Positions 47,233 through 58,006 of a stretch of 64,000 bases of DNA are shown here, one piece after another. A model generated the notes under the pieces. It made no database searches and had not been told where the DNA came from. It was given only the letters and a program-made list of their open reading frames with translations. The position numbers and the translations under genes were made by a program. Numbering within the stretch: the stretch's first letter is position 1; each line of letters begins with the position of its first letter. This stretch comes from an uncultured delta proteobacterium (lineage in GTDB: Bacteria; Desulfobacterota; Binatia; UBA9968): assembly GCA_963816145.1 (NCBI GenBank), contig CAWFJP010000031.1, forward strand, positions 192,001 to 256,000, in the 5' to 3' direction.

Positions 47233-50200
47233 ATGTCGAACGCCGACCTTATTCCCCAATCTGTTGATTGCCCCAAACCTCTAAGCATCCACCACATGCT
47301 GGAAATTCAGGCGGACCGAAGGGCCAGCGCTGTTGCCATTGCCGGGTTGGGAGATCGTCCGCTCTCCTTCCGTCAGCTTCTTTTACAAGTAGAGCAAGCG
47401 GCGAAAACACTAAACGCCCTGGGTATCGGCAGAAACGACCGGGTTGCGATGGTAAGTCCAAACGGACCGGAAATGGCTTCAGCCTTTCTCGCCTTATCCT
47501 CGGCCGCTACCTTTGCCCCGCTCAACCCGTCGTGTCGGACCAACGAATTTGAATTCTACCTCACGGATCTCGGTGCCAAGGCGTTGATTGTTCAATCCTC
47601 GGCGGACTCCGCCGCTATCGCAGTCGCTAGAAAACATTCCATTGCCATCATCGAATTGTCGCCATTGGTGGAAGGCGACACGAGGGGTTTTTCTATCCGA
47701 GGTGAAAAGCGGCCAGCCATATCCCAAGGTGGGTTTGCACAAGCAGACGATGTCGCGTTGATCCTCTACACTTCCGGCACAACCGCTAGGCCGAAAATGG
47801 TTCCTTTGACCCATTCCAACCTCTTGGCTTCTGCGGGCAACATTGCAGCCACTCTCCAGCTTAGTGAACTGGACCGCTGTCTGAACGTTATGCCGCTTTT
47901 TCACATCCATGGACTTGTCGGCGCCGTCCTTTCCTCGATCGTGGCGGGTTCCGAAGTGGTTTGCACCTCAGGCTTCGACCTCGAGCAATTTTTCCCTTGG
48001 GTGGCGGAGTTCCGTCCCACCTGGTACACGGCGGTTCCGACCATGCATCAAGCAATCCTAAAACGAGCCCATCGAGACGTCCTATTGGGCCATTCCCTGC
48101 GGTTGATCCGTTCATCGTCCGCCCCATTGCCGCCAACAGTCAAAACAGAACTAGAAGACCTCTTCAAAGTACCGGTCATTGAAGCTTACGGGATGACGGA
48201 AGCGTCCCACCAAATAGCGAGTAATCCACTACCCCCGCGCCAGCGCAAGGCGGGCTCCGTGGGTGTGGCGACCGGTTCGGAGATCGCCATTGTCGACGAG
48301 CAGGGCAAGTTTTTATCAGCGGGCCGGCCAGGGGAGATCCTCATCCGTGGCGCGAATATCACCCCGGGTTACGAGAACCATCCAGAGGCCAACAAAGAAG
48401 CCTTTACCGACGCGTGGTTCAGGACGGGCGACCAAGGCTATCTGGATGAAGACGGCTACCTTTTCATCACAGGTCGTCTCAAGGAAATAATCAATCGCGG
48501 TGGGGAAAAGATCGCTCCACGGGAAGTGGACGATGTGCTGATCGATCATCCTGCGGTTGCACAGGTTGTAACTTTCGCTGTTCCTCATCCGACTCTCGGT
48601 GAGGATGTGGCGTCCGCGATCGTTCTCCATGAGCGCGCATCGGCCACGGAAAGAGAAATTATCGAGTTTGCCGCCGAGCGACTTAGTGATTTCAAGGTGC
48701 CGCGTAAGATCTTCATCGTCGAAGAGATTCCTAAAGGCCCCACCGGAAAACTGTTTAGAGTGGGTCTGGCCGAGAAACTAATGAAGTCGCCCGATCATCC
48801 ACAGAACCTGCCAAAAGCAGAATACACCGCGTACCGCACGCCGTTAGAAAAGGCACTGGCTGGGATCTGGGCCGAGGTATTGCACCTGGAGCGGGTGGGC
48901 GCACAGGACAATTTTTTCTATCTGGGAGGCGATTCTATACTGGCCACTCTAGTGGTCTCTCGGGTGCGCCGAGTTTTGCACCTGGAGCTGCCCCTGATCA
49001 ACTTCTTTGAGAAACCCACCGTGGCGGAGATGGCCTTGAGCCTTGAGACTACCGGTCAGGCAGCACCAGCCCCGCAACCTCCAACTCTTGAGCCGATTTT
49101 CAGAGATAGAGAAATACCACTTTCTCATGGACAGGAGCGCATGTGGTTCATTGATCAACTTGAGAAAGGCACGTCGATTTACAATCGTCCGGTCTTTATT
49201 CGACTCGACGGCGACCTGAAAGTGCCAGTTCTTGAACAATGCCTCAATGAGATCATTAGCCGTCATGAAATCTTTAGGACCACCTTTCCAGCCGTGAACG
49301 GGCAACCGCTCCAGGTCATTTCCCCACTTCAGCCTCTGACCCTATCTGTGAGAGATATCAGTCGTTTGCCAGAAGGCGAGAGAGAAGGCGAAGTGCGACG
49401 TCAAGCTACCGATGAGACCGCGCTTTCATTCGATTTAGACCGAGGGCCGCTGATTCGGGCCGGATTGCTCCGCCTGGGCGAGCAGGAGCACATACTGTTC
49501 CTGACGATGCATCACATTATCTTTGACGGTTGGTCTGAGGGAATACTATTTCAGGAATTGTCCGTGCTCTACGACAGTTTCTCCGCAGGTCAATCGTCGC
49601 CGCTCTCGCCACTTCCTATACAGTATGCAGACTTCGCTGTCTGGCAAAGGCAGTGGCTTCAGGGAGAAGTATCTGACTCACAGCTGGCCTATTGGAAAAA
49701 GCAGCTTGCCGGCGCCTCGGTATTGGAGTTGCCCACGGATCATCCCAGGCCGCCCATTCAGACTTTCCGCGGATCGAAACAATGCTTTTTCGTGCCTAAG
49801 TCCCTGACCGAGCGGCTCAAGGCCCTCAGCCGTGAGGAAGGGACGACGCTGTTCATGACTCTACTTGCGGCCTTTCAGACCTTGCTGCATAGGTACACCG
49901 GAAAAGATGAGATCATTGTCGGCTCACCCGTTGCGGGCCGAAACCGGACTGACATCGAAGGTTTAATCGGGTTCTTCGTCAACACTTTGATCCTGCGCAC
50001 GGATTTTTGCGGTGATCCCAATTTTCGCGAGCTGCTGGGGCGGGTGCGCAAGGTAGCCCTGGACGCTTATGCCCATCAAGATCTGCCCTTTGAGAAATTA
50101 GTAGAGGAACTGCATCCGCAGCGTAATTCGAGCCACTCGCCTCTGTTTCAGGTGCTTTTCGTACTCCAGAATGCCCCAACGAGGGCTCTACGGCTTGCGG

Positions 50201-52395
50201 GACTAACGACGACTCCCCTGCATGCGGAGAGCGACACGGCAACATTTGATTTGAGTCTCTTGATGGTCGAGGAGGCAAACTCACTGAAAGGGACAATAGA
50301 GTACAATACCGATCTGTTTGACGAAGGCACCATCAGTCGGATGATTGGACACCTCCAGATTCTACTGGAGCATATCGTGACCGATCCCGGAACCCCCGTT
50401 TCGCGGATGGCACTATTGACTGGTTCCGAGCGGGATCGATTGCTCGGCGACTTGAATAACACCAACGGAGAATACCCCAAGGACAAGTGCATCCATCAAC
50501 TCTTCGAGGCTCAGGTAGAGCAAACACCGGAGGCTATCGCGGTGGTCTTCGAAGACCGGCAGCTAACCTATCGGGAGTTGAACGCCAGGGCCAATCGGCT
50601 GGCTTACGATCTCAAAAAACTCGGGGTCGGGCCGGAGATGCTGGTGGGCCTTTGCCTGGAGCGCTCCTGGGAAATTGTCGTTGGCATCTTAGGTGTGCTC
50701 AAAGCTGGCGGAGCCTACGTTCCAATGGACCCAGCGTATCCCAAAGAGCGACTCGCCTTCATGCTGGAGGATTCAGACATTCAGGTATTGTTGACACAAG
50801 AACGAGTGATTTCCCATTTACCGCCACATAATGCTCAAGTAGTCTGCCTGGATACGATAGATCCAGCGGCTGAGTGTGAAGCCTCTCAGGCGCCAACCAA
50901 CCCTGTCAACAGAATCACAGCGGATAACGCCGCCTACGTAATCTATACCTCCGGCTCGACCGGGAAACCTAAAGGCGTCTTGATCACTCATTACAACGTG
51001 ACTCGTTTGTTCCAGGCAACTCATTCCTGGTTCCACTTCGACCAGAATGATGTCTGGACAATGTTCCACTCCTATGCGTTCGACTTTTCAGTCTGGGAGA
51101 TTTGGGGATCGCTGCTTTATGGCGGACGCTTAGTGGTCGTGCCCTACTGGTGCAGTCGCTCGCCGGGAATGTTTTACAAACTTTTGAGCGAAGAAAAAGT
51201 GACGGTTTTGAACCAGACACCGTCGGCCTTCGGGCAACTGATTGAGATTGATAATAGCTCAATGAATTCACAGGATCTTGCGCTTCGACTCGTCCTCTTT
51301 GGTGGGGAGGCGCTGGATTTCCAAATTTTAAAGCCATGGTTCGATCGCCATGACGACCGGCATCCACAGTTGGTCAATATGTACGGCATCACAGAAACTG
51401 CGGTACACGTGACCTATCGCCCAATCACAAAAGAAGACCTATGCACGGGCAGGGGCAGCCTAATCGGTGTGCCGATACCCGATCTGCAACGATACGTGTT
51501 GGATCAAAGCCTGAATCCAGTGCCGATCGGGGTGCCCGGTGAACTCTATGTAGGCGGAGCCGGGTTAGGCCGAGGATATTTAAACCGCCCCGAACTGACG
51601 GCCGAGCGTTTCATTGCCAATCCGTTCCGTCCAGGAGCGGGAAACAGGCTCTATCGGTCGGGCGATCTAGTACGTTATCTTGCCAACGGGGACATGGAGT
51701 ATCGGGGTCGTGTTGATGGTCAGGTCAAGATCAGGGGTTTTAGGGTTGAGCTAGAAGAGATTGAGGCGGTACTGCGCCAGCACGCCGATGTGCGGCAGGT
51801 TGTGGTGATCTCACGCGGCGAGAAGCCGGCCGAGAAACGGCTAGTAGCCTATGTGGTTCCCGCTCGGCAGGCGCCCACGGTCAGTGAGTTAAACGGTTTC
51901 TTAAGGCAGAAGCTACCTGAGTACATGGTGCCTTCTGCCTTCATGCTCTTGGACACGCTGCCCCTTACTGCTAACGGCAAGATCGACCGCCGGAGCCTTC
52001 CGGTTCCCGATCAGAACCGACCGGAACAGGACAGTTCGTTCGTAGCACCCCGCACTCCAGTAGAAGAGTTACTAGCACGGATCTGGGGCGAGGTGCTCAA
52101 ACTCGAACAGGTGGGCGTACATGACAACTTCTTCGAGCTGGGCGGTCATTCACTATCACTCACTCAAGTTGCCTCTCGGATCCAACGGGACTTTCTGGTG
52201 TTACTACCGTTACGGTTTCTCTTTGATGCGCCGACGATCGCCGACCAGAGTGCGGCAATTGCCGCAGCTCAACTGGGGCAGGAAGACGCGGCTGAAGTGG
52301 CTCGAGTGCTGGAGGAGTTGAAACAACTCTCGCCGGATGAAGTGACGGCACTACTCGACGCGGAGTGTGGGTCAGGAATATCGGACGACAAATAA
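47233..52395 (+). CDS. Non-ribosomal peptide synthetase A(acyl-CoA ligase-like)-T-C-A(Thr)-T, no TE
   Basis: YTSGTTARPK; GGDSILA; HHIIFDGWS; YTSGSTGKPKG; FDFSVWE, LNQTP, NMYGITETAVHVT; LGGHSL. Confidence 0.95.
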   Translation: MSNADLIPQSVDCPKPLSIHHMLEIQADRRASAVAIAGLGDRPLSFRQLLLQVEQAAKTLNALGIGRNDRVAMVSPNGPEMASAFLALSSAATFAPLNPSCRTNEFEFYLTDLGAKALIVQSSADSAAIAVARKHSIAIIELSPLVEGDTRGFSIRGEKRPAISQGGFAQADDVALILYTSGTTARPKMVPLTHSNLLASAGNIAATLQLSELDRCLNVMPLFHIHGLVGAVLSSIVAGSEVVCTSGFDLEQFFPWVAEFRPTWYTAVPTMHQAILKRAHRDVLLGHSLRLIRSSSAPLPPTVKTELEDLFKVPVIEAYGMTEASHQIASNPLPPRQRKAGSVGVATGSEIAIVDEQGKFLSAGRPGEILIRGANITPGYENHPEANKEAFTDAWFRTGDQGYLDEDGYLFITGRLKEIINRGGEKIAPREVDDVLIDHPAVAQVVTFAVPHPTLGEDVASAIVLHERASATEREIIEFAAERLSDFKVPRKIFIVEEIPKGPTGKLFRVGLAEKLMKSPDHPQNLPKAEYTAYRTPLEKALAGIWAEVLHLERVGAQDNFFYLGGDSILATLVVSRVRRVLHLELPLINFFEKPTVAEMALSLETTGQAAPAPQPPTLEPIFRDREIPLSHGQERMWFIDQLEKGTSIYNRPVFIRLDGDLKVPVLEQCLNEIISRHEIFRTTFPAVNGQPLQVISPLQPLTLSVRDISRLPEGEREGEVRRQATDETALSFDLDRGPLIRAGLLRLGEQEHILFLTMHHIIFDGWSEGILFQELSVLYDSFSAGQSSPLSPLPIQYADFAVWQRQWLQGEVSDSQLAYWKKQLAGASVLELPTDHPRPPIQTFRGSKQCFFVPKSLTERLKALSREEGTTLFMTLLAAFQTLLHRYTGKDEIIVGSPVAGRNRTDIEGLIGFFVNTLILRTDFCGDPNFRELLGRVRKVALDAYAHQDLPFEKLVEELHPQRNSSHSPLFQVLFVLQNAPTRALRLAGLTTTPLHAESDTATFDLSLLMVEEANSLKGTIEYNTDLFDEGTISRMIGHLQILLEHIVTDPGTPVSRMALLTGSERDRLLGDLNNTNGEYPKDKCIHQLFEAQVEQTPEAIAVVFEDRQLTYRELNARANRLAYDLKKLGVGPEMLVGLCLERSWEIVVGILGVLKAGGAYVPMDPAYPKERLAFMLEDSDIQVLLTQERVISHLPPHNAQVVCLDTIDPAAECEASQAPTNPVNRITADNAAYVIYTSGSTGKPKGVLITHYNVTRLFQATHSWFHFDQNDVWTMFHSYAFDFSVWEIWGSLLYGGRLVVVPYWCSRSPGMFYKLLSEEKVTVLNQTPSAFGQLIEIDNSSMNSQDLALRLVLFGGEALDFQILKPWFDRHDDRHPQLVNMYGITETAVHVTYRPITKEDLCTGRGSLIGVPIPDLQRYVLDQSLNPVPIGVPGELYVGGAGLGRGYLNRPELTAERFIANPFRPGAGNRLYRSGDLVRYLANGDMEYRGRVDGQVKIRGFRVELEEIEAVLRQHADVRQVVVISRGEKPAEKRLVAYVVPARQAPTVSELNGFLRQKLPEYMVPSAFMLLDTLPLTANGKIDRRSLPVPDQNRPEQDSSFVAPRTPVEELLARIWGEVLKLEQVGVHDNFFELGGHSLSLTQVASRIQRDFLVLLPLRFLFDAPTIADQSAAIAAAQLGQEDAAEVARVLEELKQLSPDEVTALLDAECGSGISDDK

Positions 52396-52617
52396 TGACG
52401 CCTTTTGGCCACGGTGCGTTGGCATTTTACCGCGGAAGATTTTTTCCGGTTGGGGGGTCTCATAGCCCGCGTCGTAGGACGCTGGTGGCGATGACTGCTC
52501 GATGTCAAGCGAGCGCCGGGGTTAAACCGTTGCCGTATGGTTCAAGGGCTGGCCGCGAACAGCTCAGGCAGATGTTTCAAATCTAATCCTGTCAAAACAA
52601 TGCCAGGACGATCTCCG

Positions 52618-53781
52618 ATGAGTAGATCGCTAATCATCTCCGGTCACTATCGCCGTCCCACCGGTTATGGGGGCCATGTCAGAGAAATTGTCCGCGCGTT
52701 GCACAAACTCGGAATCCATGTGCAGCTCGTGGATCTTCCCACTGGTAGCCACGGTGCCTTGCCTGAAGGCAAGCGTGATTCCTGGTTCGATAAATTGCAC
52801 CGCCCGGTCAGTGCCGGCGCCATCCTGCACATTTGTTTACCAAATCAGGCGGAAATTGTTGACGGGATACTCAACGTCAACTGGACAACCTTCGAATCGA
52901 CGCGAATTCCCGAAACCTGGGCAAAGCGCAGCTTGCGACAGGATCTAGTCGTGCTGCCCACCCAATCATCCAAGAAGGCTTGGATGGCAAGCGGGATTAG
53001 CGAAGAGCATGTCAGGCTCTGTCCGCTGGCGGTTGACTCGGGCCGGTTTCATCCGGGCGTCCAGCCATTGGGGCTAGGGCGCCGAAGGGGGCGCAGCGTT
53101 CTTGAATACAAAACAAGATTCCTAAATATTTCTGATTTTATCTCCGCGCCGAGAAAAAATATTCTCGGCATGTTGCGGGTCTGGATAAAAACAACCAGCG
53201 CGAATGATGACGCAATTCTGATCTTGAAGCTAAGTGGTTATAGGTATCGGTGGTGGCGGCCCGATCGATTCAAGCGCACCCTCTCGGCAATCGAGAGAGA
53301 GATCGGCAAGTCGAGAAAGAAAGCCGCTCCGGTAGTTTTTTACGACCAAGTTTTGTCCGAGTCTCAAATGCCCAGTCTCTACGCCGCAGCGACGCATTAC
53401 TGGAGCATGTCCTGTGGAGAAGGTTGGGACTTACCCATGATGGAGGCGGGAGCCATGGGTTTGCATCTCATCGCCCCCGAACACAGCGCGTATACCGCTT
53501 ACCTCGATGAGTCTGTCGCTCAAATGATACCCTCTCAAAGAGTTCCAGCAGATTTTAACGGGGGCAAGGGCTTCATAGGAGGGCTTTTTAATGGCTCTGA
53601 TTGGTGGCAGCCCGATGAAGAAGCCGCGGCGGACTTTGTACGCCAAGCCATTAAAACGGCGGGTAACGGATTGCCGACGGCGAGGGCGCGTATTGCCAAC
53701 GAATTCACCTGGGAACAATCGGCAAAGTGTCTCATCAAGATACTTGAAGAACTGTACGAGCGACATGGCAAGAAGTTTTGA
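52618..53781 (+). CDS. Glycosyltransferase, GT-B/GT4-like
   Basis: PTGYGGHVREIVRAL, RKNILG, GEGWDLPMMEAGAMG (Ex7E), FTWEQSA. Confidence 0.88.
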   Translation: MSRSLIISGHYRRPTGYGGHVREIVRALHKLGIHVQLVDLPTGSHGALPEGKRDSWFDKLHRPVSAGAILHICLPNQAEIVDGILNVNWTTFESTRIPETWAKRSLRQDLVVLPTQSSKKAWMASGISEEHVRLCPLAVDSGRFHPGVQPLGLGRRRGRSVLEYKTRFLNISDFISAPRKNILGMLRVWIKTTSANDDAILILKLSGYRYRWWRPDRFKRTLSAIEREIGKSRKKAAPVVFYDQVLSESQMPSLYAAATHYWSMSCGEGWDLPMMEAGAMGLHLIAPEHSAYTAYLDESVAQMIPSQRVPADFNGGKGFIGGLFNGSDWWQPDEEAAADFVRQAIKTAGNGLPTARARIANEFTWEQSAKCLIKILEELYERHGKKF

Positions 53782-53950
53782 ATCGGCCCAAAAAATTTTC
53801 CCGGGCAGAGAAATTTGCAAGTAACCTCAAATCTGCCGGACGACATGAGCGAGTCTTTAGCCAGATGACGCAGTCGAACGAATTTTTATAAATTTTTCCT
53901 TGAAAGAAATCTAAAAGCAGCATTTTTTTGCAACTGTCCAGAGAGATCTG

Positions 53951-55300
53951 ATGAAGATTCTGTTGACGATGAACCTGCCGTATACGCGCGTGTATGGCGG
54001 CGCCAACCGGTCCAATCGCAGCCTGGCCGAAGCGCTCGCTGGTAGACATCATTCTCTGCGGGTGGTGGTGCCTGCGCTCGCCGCCCTCAGCCCAATAAGT
54101 CATCAACAGCTCCTTGAAGAGCTAGCGGCTGAAGGGATTCGCGTGGTCTCTAACGGCGAGATCGACGTTTTCAATTTGCATGGTGTCGACGTACACGCAG
54201 TGGTAGACCCATCCCGACTCCACAGCTATCTGGTGGAGCAAATTCGTGAGTTTACGCCGGATTGGACGTTGGTATCTTCTGAAGATCGGTCACAGAGCTT
54301 GTTGGAGACCGCGTTAAAGGTTCAGCCTTCCCGGGTAATCTATCTGGCGCATACGCCGCAGATGTTTCCGTTTGGGCCGGCCGGTTTATATCCCGGGAAG
54401 AGAAGAACTGAACTTATCGGGCAAGCAAGCGCCGTTGTCACTATTAGCCGGTTTGTCGCCGATTACATTCAAAAATGGACTGGAATCGAGTCGTTCATAC
54501 ACCACCCGCCTCACTACGGTTCCGGGCCGTTTCCGCAATGCGGTCGTGCCGACAACGGCTATGTATTGATGATGAATGCTTGCGCGGTGAAGGGAATCTC
54601 AATTTTCCTAGCACTCGCGCGGGCGCTGCCCGATATACAATTTGCCGCCCTTCCGGGCTGGGGCACGACCACTGTGGACCGGGCGGCCCTCAGCGCGCTA
54701 CCTAACGTGAATTTGTTAGAAAATCGCAAGAATCTCGATGAAATTTTACATCGGACTCGCGCCCTGCTCATGCCTTCGTTGTGGGTCGAGGGATTCGGCA
54801 TGGCCGTGGTAGATGCCATGCTGCGCGGGATTCCTGTCTTAGCAAGTAACTATGGCGGTCTCGTCGAGGCCAAGTTAGGAACGGATTACTTGCTGCCTGT
54901 ACACCCGATCGAACGGTTTGAAGATTATCTTGATGAAAATATGCTTCCGGTCCCGCTGGTTCCAAAGCAAGAGATCGCTCCCTGGCAGGATGCGCTTAGC
55001 CGCTTACTTTCGGATCGCGCATTGCATGAGCGGCAATCGGCCGCGGCGCATGACGCGGCATTGAGATTCGTCTCTCGCCTCGGTGTCGAACCTTTTGAAG
55101 ATTTCTTGCTTCGCCTGGTTACCGAACCGAAGGCAAGCCGCCGGCAAATTTCGGTTACACTGAAAGATCAAGGTGCACAAGGCGCGGAGTCAGGCACAGA
55201 GGGGAGGAGCGAGGCGATCGCCGACCTCACTCCAGAGCAGCAAGCGCTGCTGATATTACGACTGCGTAAAAATGCCGCTAGCCGGGAAAAAAAGCGCTAG
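53951..55300 (+). CDS. Glycosyltransferase GT4 with C-terminal NRPS docking-like helix
   Basis: YGGANRSNRSLAEAL, VKGISIF, EGFGMAVVDAMLRGIPVLASNYGGL; tail ADLTPEQQALLILRLRK. Confidence 0.88.
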   Translation: MKILLTMNLPYTRVYGGANRSNRSLAEALAGRHHSLRVVVPALAALSPISHQQLLEELAAEGIRVVSNGEIDVFNLHGVDVHAVVDPSRLHSYLVEQIREFTPDWTLVSSEDRSQSLLETALKVQPSRVIYLAHTPQMFPFGPAGLYPGKRRTELIGQASAVVTISRFVADYIQKWTGIESFIHHPPHYGSGPFPQCGRADNGYVLMMNACAVKGISIFLALARALPDIQFAALPGWGTTTVDRAALSALPNVNLLENRKNLDEILHRTRALLMPSLWVEGFGMAVVDAMLRGIPVLASNYGGLVEAKLGTDYLLPVHPIERFEDYLDENMLPVPLVPKQEIAPWQDALSRLLSDRALHERQSAAAHDAALRFVSRLGVEPFEDFLLRLVTEPKASRRQISVTLKDQGAQGAESGTEGRSEAIADLTPEQQALLILRLRKNAASREKKR

Positions 55301-55336
55301 CGGTTCAGCGCAGCCAGGCGGCGAAAAGCCGAAAAT

Positions 55337-56362
55337 TCAATGATCGGAAAAATTTTCACGAAACGAATAAATCTTGATACCGTGTTCGGGACTGCATACA
55401 GCTAAACGATTCTTGTGGATGGCAACTCCTTTGGGCCCTCCTTCCATTTTATTGCTCGCGTTAACTGCTTGAAAAATATTGTCCGGACCGACAATTTTTT
55501 GCAACACGGGCGATTGTGACCAGCGCATTTTCCAAAAGCGCTTTTTGGGCTCGTAGACGCTGAAATAGTTAGCTCCCGCATTCGTGACAACTAAATGATT
55601 GGTCTCGGGGGTAAATCCTACGGAGTGCGGGTATCGGAATCCCCGGTCTTTGATGATCGTCACCGGTCGCGGTCCATATGTGAATTTCAGCCGTGAGAGA
55701 ATCGGTTTACGGCGTTGATAAATGCTCACCGTGTGATTGCCATGGTTGGCGATGGCAAGCCAGGTTCCGCATTGCGAAAAAGCCAAGCCATCCGGCCTGA
55801 AGACGCCGTGTTTTAATTCGAAGACAGGTTCCAAGTTAAAGCCGATTGAAGCGCCGGAGGCTTTTCGGTAAAAAATTATTCTGCTGCTTCTCAGATTGCA
55901 CGCTGCCAGGTAATCATTGTCCGGCGGGACAAAAGCAACGCCATCGGTGTAATTTAATCTCGTCTCCGGGCCGCGAATTTCAAAGGCAGGAACCGGACCA
56001 TAATTATCGTTGGCTCGATTTTTTTCATATATGGCAATTGATCCGGCGCGTTGAGCGACAGCGAGCAGTTCGGTGTCGCCCGACAGTGAAAATGACAGAT
56101 CGTGCGGATAGTTTAGTCTCGAGGCAGGTCCGTTGATGCTCCAATAGGGTGTATCTTCGAATGATCCGTCTGGTTTTCTGCGAAACAGAAAGACCGTGTT
56201 AGTATCTGAAGTAGCGACGCCTAGTATGTTCCCCGAAGCCGAAAAGGCTATGCCTTCAAATCTTTGTAAATTATTTGGCGGCGCAAGATTCTGAACGGAA
56301 GCATCACTTGCTTCAATCTCGACTCCGGAGTTGCCAACCGATCCATTTCCATCTCGCATCAC
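55337..56362 (-). CDS. Beta-propeller (YncE/NHL-like) protein
   Basis: Repeats EGIAFS, PHDLSFS, DGVAFV, PDGLAFS, PHSVGFT, PKGVAI. Confidence 0.8.
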   Translation of the reverse strand: MMRDGNGSVGNSGVEIEASDASVQNLAPPNNLQRFEGIAFSASGNILGVATSDTNTVFLFRRKPDGSFEDTPYWSINGPASRLNYPHDLSFSLSGDTELLAVAQRAGSIAIYEKNRANDNYGPVPAFEIRGPETRLNYTDGVAFVPPDNDYLAACNLRSSRIIFYRKASGASIGFNLEPVFELKHGVFRPDGLAFSQCGTWLAIANHGNHTVSIYQRRKPILSRLKFTYGPRPVTIIKDRGFRYPHSVGFTPETNHLVVTNAGANYFSVYEPKKRFWKMRWSQSPVLQKIVGPDNIFQAVNASNKMEGGPKGVAIHKNRLAVCSPEHGIKIYSFRENFSDH

Positions 56363-56830
56363 ATTGCCCTCTCATTCAAGTTTACAAATTAGGTAAACTC
56401 GGCAATCTCTTTAATGGCTGGATACTCAGGCCATCCACCTAACAGTTTTTCAATTCGAAAACAAAGGTTGATTTGACGCAGGAGAATTGGCCTATAACCA
56501 GAAGCGCCCGTCTGATTGGGGTCAATTGTTGTTGGTTGAGAACCTCGGGGCTAAACCTTTCACCAATCCTAGCGGATTACGTTAGCCGTGTGAGAGAAGT
56601 AAGCAAACAAACAACGCCTGACACCGAAGCTCGCCCTTGACAGCGAGGCTCGCGTTCGACGTTTTCGCGTTCTAGCAACCGAAGGTTCGTTGTCCTTGAC
56701 GGGTGAATTAGATTTGCCTTATGTTGCGCGCAGCTGACACCGACTTACTTGCTCGATGGCGTCCGATCTCTTTTGCTCCCGCAGCGTCGACGGCAGGCGG
56801 AGGAATCGGATCGATGGCAGGACGGCTTTG

Positions 56831-57814
56831 ATGAAATCGGTGAAATATTTGGCAGCATTTATTCTCGCTGTCGTGTGGCTGACGGCGCGTTGGACGACAA
56901 GCGCGCATGCGCAGGGTAAGAGTCCGGCTGTCAAGATCCGGCTCGCCACACCTTCGGCATCGCTGAGCTATTTGCCGATCCATGTGGCGCTCCAACGGGG
57001 CTTCTATGCCAAACGGGGTTTCGATATCGAAGTCATTCAGATGGCAGCGGGTTTGGTGGCTCCGGCGCTGCTTAACCGGGCGATCGATTACACGACAATT
57101 CCCAGCGGCCCGGCCACGGCGGGGGCGCGCGGCGCGCCGCTGAAAGTGATTTGCTTTACATCCGTGAAACTCCAGCATGTGCTGGTCGCCCGGCCGGAAA
57201 TCCTGGCGGTCAGCGATCTCGCCGGTAAAAGGATCGGCGCCGGGAGCCTTGGCACTCTGCCGGCTTATGAGGTTCGGGTGCTTATCGACAAATATCACTT
57301 GGGCGCGAACACGATCATCATCCCGTTGAATTCGACCAACGATCGGATGATTGCGACGCAACGGGGGACGATCGATGCCACCGTGGTGCCGGTGCCGTCC
57401 GACTTGAAGGCCGAAGAGCTGGGGTTGCGACGGCTGCTACAGATGGGCTCGATACTGCCGATTCCCCAAGCCGGATTCGCCACCAGCGAGGAAAAAATCA
57501 AGACCGCACGCCAGGAGATTGTCGAACTTCTCAAGGCGACGATCGAAGGGATCGATTACACTTGGACGCAACGCGAGGGGACCATCGAGATCATCGCCAA
57601 ATGGATGAAGCTCAATCCTGTACAAGCGGCCAAGGCGTATGACTCGGTGCGCGACACGTTCTCAAAAATCGGCGTGCCCACCGAGGAGCAGGCGAAAGCC
57701 TACATCGCGATGCTCAGCTCGACGGCGAGTTTGAAGGGAGATGTGGCGGCGGGGTCGATCTTCGATTTCTCGCTGGCCGCGGAGGCGGCCAAAGAAATGA
57801 CGCAGAAAAAATAG
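56831..57814 (+). CDS. ABC transporter substrate-binding protein, NitT/TauT family
   Basis: Signal AHA-QG; GFYAKRGFDIEVI; DLAGKRIG; IFDFSLA. Confidence 0.9.
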   Translation: MKSVKYLAAFILAVVWLTARWTTSAHAQGKSPAVKIRLATPSASLSYLPIHVALQRGFYAKRGFDIEVIQMAAGLVAPALLNRAIDYTTIPSGPATAGARGAPLKVICFTSVKLQHVLVARPEILAVSDLAGKRIGAGSLGTLPAYEVRVLIDKYHLGANTIIIPLNSTNDRMIATQRGTIDATVVPVPSDLKAEELGLRRLLQMGSILPIPQAGFATSEEKIKTARQEIVELLKATIEGIDYTWTQREGTIEIIAKWMKLNPVQAAKAYDSVRDTFSKIGVPTEEQAKAYIAMLSSTASLKGDVAAGSIFDFSLAAEAAKEMTQKK

Positions 57815-58006
57815 CGCCAAGACGATAGAGGCTCGGGATTGGATTGGTTGTTAAGCTTACGCCATGTGCGACATTCGCCGCCACCTCTTGAACGAACGGG
57901 CCATGGACAGAGCTCATGCGCCGTTTTAGCATGTTTCAATGCCTGAGCCTTGTTCCGTCTCCTTACGGGCGATGGTTCTATGTTCGGGAAGTTCGCGAGA
58001 CGCGCC

